In this document: positions 1 to 13,947 of the stretch, one piece after another
Position numbering within the stretch: the first letter of the stretch is position 1
How the letters are laid out: every line of letters starts with the position of its first letter
Assembly: GCA_951406725.2 (NCBI GenBank)
Contig: OX597827.1
Span: forward strand, 24,986,001 to 25,050,000
DNA: 64,000 nt
Direction: 5' to 3'
Source: Octopus vulgaris
Taxonomy: Eukaryota
Made by a program: the position numbers and the translations under genes
The notes under the pieces: generated by a model
Told to the model about the DNA's origin: nothing
The model's database searches: none
The model's input: the letters and a program-made list of their open reading frames with translations, nothing else

Positions 1-48
1 GTTCTGTAAAACATAAATGGTTTTTCCATCAGTAAAAACAAGTCGTTA

Positions 49-440
49 TACGAATTAAAAGAAAAAGTAAAAGATATTTTTCCTAGAGTTCTATCCTACA
101 AATTAGGCCTGTGTACCAAGACAAAGGCATGTTTTAAAGTACTATTCTTTAAATCAAATCGAATGGTGCCCTTCGAAACGATGAAGAATTAGAGATACTA
201 GAAAAAATTGGAGTTATTCGAAAAGCAGAATATTCTAAATGGGCAGCACCAACTGTGTATATTACAGAAAAGAATAATAAAATCAGAGTGTGTGCCGATT
301 TTTCCACTGAGTTAAATGAATGTCTTAAAACATGCCACCATCCGCCACCTACTCCGGAGGATATTTTTGCGAAGTTAAACGGTTAAAATATATTTTCTAA
401 GCTGGATCATCTCTTTGACGCGTACCTACAAATTTCAATG
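49..440 (+). mobile_element. Decayed Ty3/Gypsy LTR-retrotransposon reverse transcriptase fragment
   Basis: Manual translation gives LEKIGVIRKAEYSKWAAPTVYITEKNNKIRVCADFSTELNECL...PTPEDIFAKLNG*NIFSKLD..DAYLQI, the N-terminal Gypsy RT motifs, interrupted by stops and frameshifts. Confidence 0.85.
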
Positions 441-1569
441 AAGGAGCCTTGGGTCTAGGTTAGAAACCGGCTCTTTCTCTAATGTGAAGAAATCTTGAAA
501 TAAAACTGAACAATTGCACACATACATACACACACACACACACACACATACATACATACATACACACATACATACATAATACATACATACATACACACAC
601 ACATACATATATTTCAGTGCCCAGTGTGCATTTTATTGATGCCTTTCTACCAATATTCTTTCATATTTTGAAGCATTATAGCCTTCACCTCGTTGTATTT
701 CCTTATATTTATTGTCCTCAAGTTTGTGTTTTCTCGGATTGCATTCCACAATATTCTTGCTATGATATCATATCTCATTAATAGAAAATACGAAGATGAT
801 ATTTTCAGAAATCTACTAATGATGTAAGCTATATTAAATCCCTGAGCGAGATGTCAACAGTGGCAATACGGAATCGTAGCATATAATTGCCAACCAAATG
901 TGATTTCCTATACAGGACAGTGATACTGACGTTTATACCCCAGTAAGACATCTCTTCTAGCTGGCTAACAACACACATTCTGTGTCCAATTAGTATTTGC
1001 GAGGTGAGGTCATCGCTCCGATCCCTAGTCTTACGTGATACACATGGACTCGAGTTTCTGGGTGGTTACCCGTCCTCAGCGTTTGTTAATTACCAGCTAG
1101 TGATGAAAACTCACCCCATTCGCAAAATACTTTATGCTTTTTCCTACGACGAACCGTCGCTGATCTCGAATAAGGAGAAATAAGCTATATTAAATCTCTG
1201 AGCGAAATATAAACAGTAGCAATACGGAACCATAACATATAGTTGATATCTTTATTACTATTTCTACTGAGTCTACACCGGTTGTTGTCTCTAGGTTGTT
1301 TATTTGCATCGCGATCCTTTTTGTACATCAGGAATTTTTGTCATCATCTCTCTCTCCTCTACCGCAAAGGCTTACCAAAAGCTAATATCTCGGTTGCCTT
1401 GATCAAGGATTCACTATTCTGGTTATCAATGTTGCTATCAGTTCGAAGCCTTCTGGGAATAATATTTATGCATGACTTTTTCGTTATATGCATACAGATT
1501 GCCTTTCCTATACCCTATAGTACATCAGTTCAAGAATACTTCCCGAGGAGCTCCTTTCAAATGTACTCA

Positions 1570-2270
1570 TGATTTTATCAACCTCCCTGGATAGATCTTC
1601 AGCATCTGGTGGTTAGTAAATGTTATTAAAAGGATATGATATGGCATTTGTTGGCAGTTGGAAACGGATGTTGAGCTTCGACTACGTAAACTTAATTTTA
1701 GGCAATGGCGACCTATGTTACTGTTCATGTGTGCATTTCTGGTGCGGAAGAGAGCTTTGTGTTTTACTAACGATATCTGAATCTCATCTAGCGTCCAGCT
1801 GAGTAACTCTGTCATCTACTATTGTATCAAACCATTGCTTATGTTACTCTAGAGGTTTGTCAGAAGAGCCCCTTTTCGGCCGCCTGCACCCGCGGTCTTA
1901 TTACACTTTTGGTAATTACCCAACATTCATGACTACAGGTTAGGAGAGGCACGAAAATGGAAATGAAGATAAGGAATTTGGATTTTTTTTCTACCAGCCT
2001 CTCCTCTTCTAAGGACTGAATACCGGGGTTGGCACATGTGCCAGCACCTGCAATCTCTAGCGTCCAACCAATCCACTTGCTTCTATTCTCTCGTACGTAC
2101 GGCCCCGGGAGGTACTTAAACGACTCCAGTTATCTCAATGATGTTCCACAACAATGAAGATTGCGGTGGGACGAGTTTCTTGAGAGAAACCATGTCGTTG
2201 ACTTCGCATCACTAATCCTCATCTCTGCCGATACACGTAACTAAAGCTGTACAACATTTTGTACGGTGCC
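1570..2270 (-). mobile_element. Highly decayed RTE-like LINE fragment (first copy of a triplicated block)
   Basis: 2040-2270 aligns by eye with 6070-6320 and 7910-8160, which carry RTE-type coding remnants. Confidence 0.5.
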
Positions 2271-2779
2271 TTAACTATTCTGCCATTTGGCTGCATCTAA
2301 CAACAACAACAACAACAACGACGACGACGACGATGATGACGACGACGACGACGACAATGATGACGACGACGACAACATCAACAGCAGCAATAACAACAAT
2401 TAAGCAATAATAACAATGTTGGTTTTGAGAATAGATGTTATCTGAATAAGTACAGAGCGCAACGAATCTGTCCGTGATAATTATGCGTAAATAAAAACAA
2501 CTTTCTTCATCCTGTTTTGATTTCATTGGAATTTTTTCTAAACAACAAATAACCACCAAAATGCCACAGCTTACGAAATGAAATAAATAAAGGAAAGGTA
2601 TTAAAGTGTTTAAACATTCAATTAAAAGCAATTGTCACATTGTGAAATCATCGGAGCGAAAAATTAAGCTAACTACACAAGTTGATGGGTGTGTGTTTGT
2701 GTGTGTAGAACTAAATAATGGAAGGAATTTGTTAAATGGAAATTTTATTATTCAATATAGAAATAGTCCAAATTTGCCA

Positions 2780-3480
2780 TCAATCACTGCAAATGGTTGT
2801 CAGAAGGATTATTGAACCATTCTTCCAAGTAAAAACTACTGTAGCTCTTTTAGCGACAATGGCAGATGGAAGCGGCTCTTTAATTGCTGCTGTAAAATGA
2901 ACCATGAATGTTCAATTCCACTGAGATCTTGTGATTCCATGAGCCAGTCTAAATATTCTATCTTACACACTTGTGCCCTATGCATTAATTTTCAATAACA
3001 TTAGCCACGTGAATCGGTGCATTATCATCCCGGAAGATTGCAGCGCCACTAGGGTACAAAGTTTGTGCCAAATAGTTAGATATTCCTTCTCGTTAATTCG
3101 GCCATTGCTCAAATCATCACAGAGCCACCTCCTATGATTCACGGGTTGCTCTCCAGAGCTAAACTTTCTCCGAAGTGAGAAAAAAGGGCGATTGAGGATT
3201 CACCAGAGATGACATTGTTCTTTTGATTCATTGGTAACCTCTAATTGCCTAAACACCATTCCTTCCGTTTATCAATGTTGATGGTGGGAAAGGAGAGGCT
3301 TATCAATTACAAAACTCTTATAGTATATAAATTCATGGAACTCAAGAACGATTTTGATTGCCAGAGGTTTTTTTGCAAAGTGATGGTCTAGGTTTGCTGT
3401 CCCTGATGCCGTTGAATATGCAATTCGATAGCATTTAGGTTCGATACGTTTCACTATTCTGTTGTCCTTTATACGTGCTT
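2780..3480 (-). mobile_element. Decayed Tc1-like DDE transposase fragment
   Basis: The reverse strand reads IFRDDNAPIH (around 3010-3040) and SQDLSGIEHSW (around 2902-2934), matching the Tc1 QQDNAPxH and SPDLNPIEHLW motifs. Confidence 0.75.
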
Positions 3481-3854
3481 TGGTTACTGTCCAGTATTAT
3501 GCTCGTCAGAGTTGGTTTTCCAACATGATGTTAGAGACTATATCATCAAGCAATTCAACAAATATAGTGACTGAAGCTCCAGCCACCCATGCTTTAACTA
3601 TTGGTTCTATTTGGAAATCACATTGGTCACAACATTTTTACATTTTCAATATTATTATACGCAACAAAAAGAAGAAAAACGGGGACCTATATTATGAGGT
3701 GCAAGGCACACATAACCCAGTCGATCTCGTATAAACAGACTAGAAGAGTTCTGAATCTCATATCACCAAAAGATAAAAGATAGTTAAACAGAAATTTCCA
3801 TAATTTTGTTCAATTAATGTCTATATTCATCTGTATACGCATATATACATAAAC

Positions 3855-3922
<68 letters not shown>

Positions 3923-3940
3923 TATATATATACATACATA

Positions 3941-4130
3941 CCAGAGTAATCACATAAATGCGAAACAAGGTGGAAAATATAGTACTTGAATACCAGAGGT
4001 AGAATAATATGCTTTATTAAAAAGCAGCAAAACTATCACAAAATATCACATTTCTAAACAAAACTGTCCGACGAAGGGGAACGTGAAACTCTGAGTAACA
4101 GTTTTTGTGATATTTTTGTTGCTTTTTAAT
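3941..4130. mobile_element. Short foldback repeat, probable Penelope-like terminal remnant within (TA)n
   Basis: Inverted arms ttaaaaagcagcaaaactatcacaaaa (around 4017) and tttttgtgatatttttgttgctttttaa (around 4102), flanked by (TA)n tracts. Confidence 0.45.
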
Positions 4131-4137
4131 GTATATG

Positions 4138-4178
<41 letters not shown>

Positions 4179-5651
4179 TTCCGATGCGAGGATTGTAAAA
4201 ACGGCGCCGTATAAAAAAACCCATTCGGACCGAAAGCATATAGAAGGTTTACTTACATATAAAGAAACAGACACGAACTATTATAGTTTTTAAATTTGGC
4301 AGGAAACGGGAGGCTGATTCGCTGGTGTGAAGGTAACACACTTAGTCACGTTAACAAAGGGATGTGAATTCGTCTCCCACGCGGATAGGAAAGCCTTCCT
4401 TCTTTTTCTGTCGAAGGCTTATATGCCCCGTTATTAGACTAATATACAAAATATCTAAAATTTAAAATTTAAATTATTTTAAAGTTAAAAATTGATATGT
4501 ATATTTATATGTATATTTATAAATTTATATATATATATATTTTTTTTATTTTTATATTTTTTTAATTTTTATTTATTTATTTTTTTAACTATCAAAAAGT
4601 ATTAAAAAGTTTAATGAGCAAATGCCCCCCGTCCAATGGACGGTGCTGAGTTGTCAAACATTTAAACTAAATTTTCTCAAAACAACTTGTCCGACCGTCC
4701 CATAGACCTCCCCTTTGAGAAACACTGGTTTAACCTAAATTTGAGACACCAGCAAAAGAAGAAATAAAGATAGACTTTTTTCTATTCCAAAGAAAAGCGA
4801 TTTTATTCACGCAAATATGCAACCGAAGAGTTTAAAGTACCAGTAATGATAAGGCTGTTGACTGGGAGAACACAAACATGGTTGAAACAGTAAGCTTGGC
4901 AGGAAAGATACATGCCTTTAAGCAGTACAAAAACAACAAAAAATGGAAGGTGCAGTTATGTACAGGTTGACGGAAGAAAAGCAGGACAAGAACGATGCAT
5001 GCAAATGGGTTAGCTGGAGGTAAATCTTGATGGAAAAGCATGAGGAATTTATGAGAACGTACCTGGGACAATAAAAAGTTTATCCGATAAAACATGTAGG
5101 AAATCAACTTGGGGCGATTTTTGATAAAAAGCAACAACCTAGGGAACTAAGTTACTAATTTTAAGCTAACTTACTTTACGGGATGTTCTCTTTTGCATCT
5201 TACTTTTTGGTCTCTTAAATATACTGCATTTTGTGGCATTATTTCAAGCCAGCCGGTTTTTTTTGCGCAAACTGCACGTGCATTTTTCTCGCGTACGCGT
5301 AGTATCGATCGCAACAGCTGAAGTACTTGCGCGTACAAATGCACGTTCCCACGGATTTATCGATCGCATTCCCACCTGGAATTGATTTTTGCAATTTTTT
5401 CAAGACTTATACACGCCCTGATACAGTCGGTATCTACATATCAAATTTGAGCGCAATCGGATGGAGGGTGCCCGAGATCCTAGAAGACACACACACAGGC
5501 GGACAGAACAGATTTTATATAATAGATATATATATCTAACCAGTTCCACCGCCCTCTACTTCTGGGAGGATTGTGAGACTATAGTTCTTTGGCATCAACT
5601 CCATAAGGCGTTATCAGAATCAATCCTCATTAGATTTTCCGGTTGGATTCT

Positions 5652-6320
5652 TCAACGCCACCAAATGGGACTGAAGATATTATTCGACCATCTCGTTCTT
5701 GGTGCAGCCCTTGGTCCCCCGCCGTTTGGCTTGTTTTGAAGAATTCGTCTTGTGATTCTTTCCTGTGACATTCGAATCATCTGTTCGTAGTACCAGAGAT
5801 ATGATCTCTCAATGTCGAGAAGTAGCGACTCGTCTTGGAGAGACTCCCTGATCCCCATGCTACACGACCTCTCGAATAATGTTAGTCTACAGGCAATTCG
5901 GCAGTACCCAATTTCGGCCGCTTGTATTCTCGATTGCACTCTTTCCGTTCTTACCAAGTAGTCATGACCATACATGAGAATAGGCACAAAAACGGAATTG
6001 AAGCCAGCGAGTTTGGATTTTTACCAAAACCTCTTCTATTCTGATCATTAAATCCTGGTGTTGACGCATTATTATGCCACTACCGGCAATTCTAGAAGTT
6101 AATTCAGCTTCTTATCTCCTATTACTCTTGAATAGTTTGCTTCCAGATCCTTAAACATCTCCACATGTTTCAATGATGTTCCACTAACATGTAGAGTATA
6201 TTGGAACGAGTTTCTTGAGTAGGTCAGTGTCTCTGTCTTCGTAACGCTTATCCTCATCCGAGAGGATTTATGTCACAGAAACCGTAAAGCATTTAGTCCA
6301 GGGCTTTGAATATTCTCCTA
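5652..6320 (-). mobile_element. RTE-clade LINE 3' fragment (decayed)
   Basis: ORF 5652..5987 reads PILMYGH...IQAAEIGYCR...RMSQERITRRIL...G.PR..PRTRW, typical of the region C-terminal to RT in RTE elements. Confidence 0.8.
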
Positions 6321-6747
6321 GCTACTGCCTTAACAATAACAATAATAATGGATTTTGATGTAGACACAAGGTCAACAGTTTTGGGGCAGAAGAAAGTAGT
6401 CACCAGCACTTGACTGGGATTTGAACTCAACTGGTAAAGGACGGCAAAGCGTTTTGTCCGACGCTCTAACGTTTCAGCTACCACTGAATGTTATCTCAGT
6501 AAGTACTGAGCGTAACGAGTCATTATGTGACAAGTTTTTGTGAATAAAAACACCCTTCTTCATTCCATTTTGATTTCATTGGAACATTTCTGTCCAGTAT
6601 TATGCTTGGCAGAGCTGGTTTTCCAACATGACTTTAGAGACTGTACCACTTCAAACATAATATTTTCAGTAGTTTTAATGACTGAAGCTGCAGTCGTCTG
6701 TGCTGCAGCATTTTGTTCAGTTTGGATATGAAATAGGTAACACCAAG

Positions 6748-6960
6748 GTGGCGTGCTGGCAGAAACATTAGCACCCTGAGTGAAATGCTTAGAGGTATTT
6801 CATCTGTCTTTACGTTCTGAGTTCAAATTCCGCCGAGTCGACTGTGTCTTTCATCCTTTCGGGGTCGATAAATTAAGTACCAGTTACGTACTGTATTCGA
6901 TCTAATCGACTGGCACCACTTCTCCCCAAAATTTTGGGCCTTGTGCCTAGAGTAGAAAAG
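6748..6960 (+). mobile_element. tRNA-derived SINE with Meta-type core (dominant family in the window)
   Basis: Head ggtggcgtgctggcagaa..ttagc, B-box-like gagttcaaattcc, core ctttcatcctttcggggtcgataaattaagtaccag. Confidence 0.8.
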
Positions 6961-7156
6961 AAATAGGTAACACCATTTTAAATATGCAAAAAGAAAACAA
7001 TTAGTTGAATTGAAAGTGGTGTTTCCATAATTTTGTATAACCAATATGTAATTTGTGATACGTGTACGTTCGTATGTATGTGTTTGTATGTATGTATTTA
7101 TGTATGTATGTATGTATGTATGTATGTATTTGTCTGTCTGCCTGTCTGTCTGACTA

Positions 7157-7224
<68 letters not shown>

Positions 7225-7544
7225 GCAAACGCTCACACACACATGCTCACACATTCACACAGACACACACTCACACACACACAAATACTCACACACTCGT
7301 TCAAACACACATGCTCTCACACACACACAGACAGGCTCACAGACTCACAAACACACACACAAACACAAACATATATATATTTGTACATCCATCCAACCGT
7401 CTTCTTTGCCTCGTATTCCTGGGGGAACACTGAGATTAGATACTCAGGCATCTACACAATAATGCTTTCTCAGAACCAACCCTCATTTGATTTTCCGGCT
7501 GGATTCCCAAGCATCAACAAATGAGACTATTAATATTATCCAAC

Positions 7545-8160
7545 TATCTCGTTGATGTTGTAGGTCTTGGTACTTCGCCCTTTGGCTTGTTTTGAAGAAT
7601 TCGTCTTGTGATTCTTTCCTGTGACATTCGAATCATATGCTCGCAGTACCGGAGCTACGATATCTCATGCCGAGAAATAGCGACTCGTCTTGGAGAGACT
7701 CCCTGATCCCCATGCTATGCGACCTCTCGAATAACGTTAGCCCACAGACAATTCAGGGGTACCCAGTTTCGGCCGCTTGTATTCTCGATAGTACTCTTTC
7801 GGTTCTTTCCCACTATCCGTGACAATAGATGAAAATAGACACAAAAACCGGAATCAAGGTAGCCAAATTGGCTTTTTTACTCACCTCTTTTCTTCTAAAG
7901 ATCGAATGCAGGTGCCAACATGTCTGTGAAAGCACTTGCGATTCTTGTCTTCAATTTAAGCTTCCTGCCTCCCATCACCTTTGAATATGCTCTCAAGATT
8001 CTTAAGCGTCTCCAGATGTTTAGCTGATGTTCCACTAGCAAGCATAGGCACGTGTTTCTTGAGAGGACCAAGGTTTCTGTCTTCGCAACACATATCTTCA
8101 TCCGAGAGGATTTATGTAACAAACCCCGCAAAGTCCGGTGCTTTGACTATTCTCCAGCTT
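7545..8160 (-). mobile_element. RTE-clade LINE 3' fragment, paralogous to 5690-6320
   Basis: Long near-identical stretches shared with 5725-6000, e.g. tttggcttgttttgaagaattcgtcttgtgattctttcctgtgacattcgaatcat. Confidence 0.8.
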
Positions 8161-8894
8161 ACTGCCTTAATAATAACAACTAGCGTAGTTTTACTGAGTT
8201 TCCACTGATTGATTGGCAAATTTGGTAAACTCGAATCAAATTAAAATTTCTTGCACGAAAAGGATCACCCTGATAACCTTATGCCCCTGCTGTGCAGGTA
8301 GCAAATGATTCGATCTTAGGCTGAATGCAAACAAATAAACGTTTTTTTTAATGAAAATCCCTTGGGGGTGGGGGTCAACTTACCCATTTATTATTTTTAA
8401 TCCTACTTGAATAAAACATACTGGGCTCTCGCCGAAAGCATAAAAGTAAAGCCCTTCCTAAATAGATTCATTGAATAAGCTCCAACTCTTTGATGGCATA
8501 CTTAAGGAACGATAGCATATCAAGCATATTTGGTCTTTCATGAAAATCCCGCTCTCTTGTCATTCACTTGGTCTAACTCGTTAATTATTCCCTGCATTTC
8601 TCAAATAAGAAAAGCGTGCACGTTTGAAAGCCAAAACACATGATAACGCGTCTTCGCAAAACACAAAAATGCGCTGAGTCATACAGACTGTCTGCAAATG
8701 CGCACGTGCATTCAACTGTCAAGGGTAAAATTATCTCCGTCCAATCAAAAAACAGTTGGCAGTCTTTTGGCGTATCTAGCTGTACGCACGCACCACAGGA
8801 CGGCAAAGCGTTTTGTCTGACGCTCTAGCATCTCAGCTACCTCACTGCTCGTAATGATAATAATAATAATACTTCCAAGATTTGGAATTCTGAA

Positions 8895-9436
8895 GGTAAG
8901 AAGTAGCCGATTACATCGACACCAGTGTTTCACTGGTTCTTAATTTATTGATCCCAAAATTTGAACTCAGTTAACACCTTAACAATAATAATAATAATGG
9001 CTTTAAATTTTGTCACAAGGGTAGCCATTTTTGTGGGGAGGGGCTGTGTCGATTACAGAGACCCCAGTGCTCAACGGGTACTTAACTTATCGACTCCGAA
9101 AGGATGAAAAGCAAAGTCAACCCCGGCGGAATTTTAACTCAGAATTTAGTGGCAGACTAAATATCGCTAAGCATTTCGCCAGGCGTGCTAACATTTCTGC
9201 CAGCTCGCCGCTTTAACAATAATAATAATAATCCATTCTACTAAAGGTACAAGGCCTGAAATTTGTGAGATGGAGGTATTTCGATCACATCGTTTCACTG
9301 GTACTTAATTTATCGACCCCAAAAGGATGAAAAGCAAAGTCGACTTCGGCGGAATTTGAACTCAGAACGTAAAGACGGACGAAAAATCACTAAGCACTTT
9401 GCCCGGTGTGTTAACGATTCTGCCAGCTCGCCGCCT
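8895..9436 (-). mobile_element. Cluster of Meta-core SINE copies
   Basis: Reverse-complement core (aaggatgaaaagcaaagtc...gaatttgaactcagaa) and head (ctgccagctcgccgcc) occur twice, plus a fragment. Confidence 0.8.
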
Positions 9437-9799
9437 TCAATAACAATAATGATAACAATGTTGGGTGTTGAATATAGATGTTATCTCAATAAGTACAGAG
9501 CGTAACGAATCTTTATGTGACAAGTTTTTGTAAATGAAAACAACCTTCTTCATTCCATTTTGATTTCCACCCAATATACCACAGCTGGCGAAACAGACGA
9601 AATAAAAGAAAGATATTAAAATGTCCAAACGTTTAATTAAAAGCAATCGTCATGCTACATCGGAGAAAAATGTAAATGCAGTTAATAAAACTAAAATTGT
9701 GTTTGTGTGTGTGTGTGTGTGTAAGTCAGACAAAAGAAAGGAAACACTTTTTTCATTGGAAGTTTTATGTTTTTTTATGAAAACATTCAAAATTTGGCA

Positions 9800-10520
9800 T
9801 CGACCGCAGCTTGAGTTTGTTCAGGTACTGACTCATACAGTAAATGGTCTTTTAGCGGAATTTTGAGCCATTCTTCAAGTGAAATCTACTTTAGGTCTTT
9901 AGGCGACGGCAGCAGAAAGACTTGATTCTTTAATTATTGCGGCAAAATTAAGCACAAATGTTCGATTATGTTGAGATCTTGTGATTCTGTGGGCCAGGCC
10001 GTGTGGTCTATTTCACACTTGTGTTCTGTGTACCAATTTTAAATAACATCAGCCTTGTGAATCGCTGCATTATCATTCTGGAATATTGCGTTGACAATGG
10101 GGAACGGTGTTTGTATGAATAACCAAGATACTTAAATAATCTTTGGCATTCACTCTACCTTGTACAGTAACAAAGGGGCCAAGAAAATTATGTGATATGA
10201 CTGCCCTAATCCAGACAGAGCTATCACGATGATTCACAGGTTGCTTTCTAGACATAAACTTGTCCACAAGTGAGGAAAAGGTGGTATTTTGACTCAAGAG
10301 ACAAGATAACATTGATCACATCTGATAGTCTGAAACAATTTTCCCCCTGTTTATCAATGTTGGTGGTAGGATAGAAGTGTTTTAATAATTAAAACCCTCC
10401 CATGCTATCCAAATTTAAGGAGGTATGACAAATATTTTTGAGTGTCAGTGGTTTTTTTGCAAGGTGGTTTCTTAGCTCTGCTGTCACATATGTTGTAAGT
10501 GCTTTGCATTTTGTCGTCTA
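9800..10520 (-). mobile_element. Decayed Tc1-like transposase fragment, paralogous to 2780-3480
   Basis: Reverse strand reads IFQNDNAAIH and SQDLNIIEHL; ORF 10073..10312 contains GPFVTVQGRVNAKDYLSIL. Confidence 0.75.
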
Positions 10521-10826
10521 TTATGTCCGCTAGAGGCGGTTTTCCAACATCATTTTAGAGACTGTACCACTTTAAACATTAACAAATTCAACAGTTTTAG
10601 GAACAAGCTTCAACCAACTGTGCCCTAACAATTTGTTTTATTTGCGATCAGGACACAACTTTACTTACGCATATATACAGACTTGAAGATTTTTAAATCT
10701 GTTATATTGGCAAAACAAAAAATGAAAGCAATGTATCAATTAGTTTGTTCACCCAGTATATATATATATATATATATATAAATATATACACACTTCCATA
10801 CATACATACATACATACATACATACA

Positions 10827-10858
<32 letters not shown>

Positions 10859-10859
10859 A

Positions 10860-11012
10860 CCGCGTGTGTATCGTTGGTGATTTTTTCCTCCGTTTTCCCT
10901 TCCTTGGATCTTTCCTTTTTCTATGTTTCTGACGAAGAGCTCCGCTCGAAACGTTAAATCCTCCTTCTTTCTTTCCTTTCCTGAGCGTCCAATAACACTG
11001 TACTTATTCCAC
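10860..11012 (+). mobile_element. Penelope-like terminal remnant with a minimal hammerhead-like motif
   Basis: CTGACGA-a-gagc-tcc-gctc-GAAAcgtt at 10929-10955. A mutated relative lies at about 11998-12026. Stem I is not convincing. Confidence 0.45.
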
Positions 11013-11016
11013 GTCC

Positions 11017-11077
<61 letters not shown>

Positions 11078-11442
11078 TATAAGTACCAGAAAAATAGTTT
11101 GAGGAAATTTTATTTTTGACGAGAAAATTCAAATAACACGACAAATTGTTTCGTAACTTAAAAGCATGTAAATGATTTATGTTATTATATTTAATAAATA
11201 CGTTACATGCCTGTATTAATGCAAAATGCACAAAATTCTTTCAAAATAAGACAGAATTTTAGCCGCACGCAATAGAAAGCCATACAGAAAAATGTAGTGG
11301 TTACTAAACGTGACTGGGAAGGTGCTAAGAGCATAGTTATTGTTAGAAATAAGAGTTAAACTCTTGGAGCTGCGTTAAAAGCACATTTATATATCCTGAC
11401 AGGGTAGATAAATGCTCCATGAACAAAGCTAGAACACAGGAC

Positions 11443-11830
11443 CACGCCGGGTGAAATACTTAGCGGCATTTTGTCTGTCGTTACGTTGTGAGTTCAAATT
11501 CCGCCGAGATCGACTTTGCTTTTCATCCTTTCGGGGTCGATTAAATAAGTACCAGTTACGCACTGGGTTGATATAATCGACTTAATCCGTTTGTCTGTCC
11601 TTGTCTGTCCTCTCTGTGTTTAGCCCCTTGTGGGTAGTAAAGAAATAGGTATTTCGTCTGTCGTTACGTTCTGTGTTCAAATTCCGCCGAGGTCGACTTT
11701 GCCTTTCATCCTTTCGGGGTCGATTAAATAAGTACTAGTTACGCAGTGGGGTCGATGTAATCGATATAATTCCTTTGTCCGTCCTTGTTTGTCCCCTCTA
11801 TGTTTAGCCCCTATTGGCAATAAAGAAATT
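11443..11830 (+). mobile_element. Dimeric Meta-core SINE
   Basis: Two ~184-nt body units joined by aaagaaataggtatttcgtctg. Confidence 0.85.
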
Positions 11831-12526
11831 AATATGTCGATTATAGTATATTGAATTAAATGCACATGTTTTAGTTGCTTGAGGTCACACGTTCAAAAAT
11901 TTAGGATATTTCGATATTTATTGCTTTATTAAAGCTATAATACTCGGTTTAGCCACTACGCACATTTTTTTCTCTCCTTGTTTTTTCTGTGTCCCTTTCT
12001 GTAGAAGAGCGTAGGCTCGAAACGTAAAAGACTTTTTCTATTCCTGAGCGTTATACTAATACATCTGTTTGTTTTGTACACCACCTGTCTTCGTCTTTTG
12101 TTTTTTTCGTAAACTCTCCCTATACATATATACAAAGCAGTGCATTACAAGGATATATACAGATACAAGCGTAAAAGTAGAAAAGAAGTTCTGAACGTAT
12201 TGTCAAATCAGGATTTCCCGTTTCTCATTGAGCTCATTTACCAATCAATGTGAAGAAATCAGTGTGAGTGAAAGGAGTGAAATGTTTCCAAGGATCCGGG
12301 TAGGGTTGAGGTTAAAAAGCAACACTGACACCAGTTGCTTATATATCACTTCCTTGTGACACACTCAAAAGAGACACATAGACCTGATCACTTCACAGTC
12401 CACAGACGATAATAAGCACATCACTTTCGAATCACCGTTTTAAGTCAAAAATAAATAAATAAATAAATAAATAAATAAAGAGGTACACACACTGGATCAT
12501 GTAGCGGGTAAGAAATAAAAGATGAC

Positions 12527-12930
12527 TAGCTGGCAGAATCGTTAGCACGCCGAGCGAAATGCTTAGCGGTATTTCGTCTGCCGTTACGTTGTGAGTTCAA
12601 ATTCCGCCGAGGTCGACTTTGCCTTTCATCCTTTCGGGGTCGATAAATTAAGTACCAGTTACCCACTGGGGTCGCTGTAATCGACTTAATCCGTTTGTCT
12701 GTCCTTGTTTGTCCCTTTTGTATTTCGCCCCTTGTGGGTAGTAAAGAAATAGGTATTTCATCTGCCGTTACGTTCTGAATTCAAATTCCGCCGAGGTCGA
12801 CTTTGCCTTTCATCCTTTCGGGGTCGATTAAATAAGTACCAGTTACGCACTGGGGTTGATGTAATCTACTTAATTCGTTTGTCTGTCCTTGTTTGTCCCC
12901 TCTGTGTTTAGCCCCCTGTGGATAGTAAAA
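12527..12930 (+). mobile_element. Dimeric Meta-core SINE
   Basis: Head agctggcagaatcgttagcacgcc followed by two body units with the same junction type. Confidence 0.85.
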
Positions 12931-13718
12931 CAACAGGTAAGAAATAAACGATGACATGGTCATGAACGTAATGTTTTGATCATAGATATCTTGATCAAGT
13001 TAGATGTGGCGCCAAGCAGCTTTAGTAGCAGGTGGACCAAGCGAGTAAATCACCTGTTGTTGTCAAGATAGAAATCCAGATGTTATGTTTGTCTACTTCT
13101 CTCATGACATATCTATTTGATAAATTGTTTACCCTGTTACAAATTATCAAATATTGTCCACGCTCCTAACAAAAGAACTTGAAGTTATATAAACCAGCTT
13201 TCTCTGTTTGTGTAATCAACCTTTCAGCGTAGAGTAGCGCAAACATTGTGAATATTTAGAAGTTTCAGTGATACAATTTGTGACGATCCAACGTGTTCGT
13301 AGTTTAATAACCTGAGTACAATTTCCAATTTTTATTTATTTATTTATTTATCTCGTGGCGCCGATCAAGTTTGAAGGTTTAAAGGAAGGTTGACATTCTG
13401 CTGTTTTGAGGCAAATCATTTACAAGGTGGAGTGCTTGTAGACTTTTCCTGTTTTTTTTTTCGTTTCGTAACATAAAGTAGCAGAACACAGTACATTGTG
13501 AATAACCTCGATTGAAACTCAGGCCTCAACCAGAGCTGTAGAAAAATAAAGCTGGTCGCAGAGGCCTTTGGGACCGAGTGTTGGTGGGAGAGGACAAAGA
13601 TTAAATTTATTCTCTTACATTGAGAAAATACTACAGAAGTACAAAGACACAAGAACACACGAGGAATTCCAATCCGATTTCATATTTCGCAATATTTAGT
13701 AACACAGTTAGTAACATA

Positions 13719-13880
13719 GGCGCAGGCGTGGCTGTGTGGTAAGAAGCTTGTTTCCCTACCACATTGTTCTGGATTCAGTCCCACTTCGTGGCACCTTGGG
13801 AAAATGTCTTCTACTACAGCTTCGGGCCAACCAAATCCCTGTGAGTGGATTTGGTACACGGAAGCTGAAAGAAGCCCGTC

Positions 13881-13947
<67 letters not shown>

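Noticed and set aside
4170-5530. Possible minus-strand Helitron-like element ending near 5528
   Set aside because: A 5'-end-like tctattatataaaa is present, but I could not identify a matching 3' hairpin and CTRR end.
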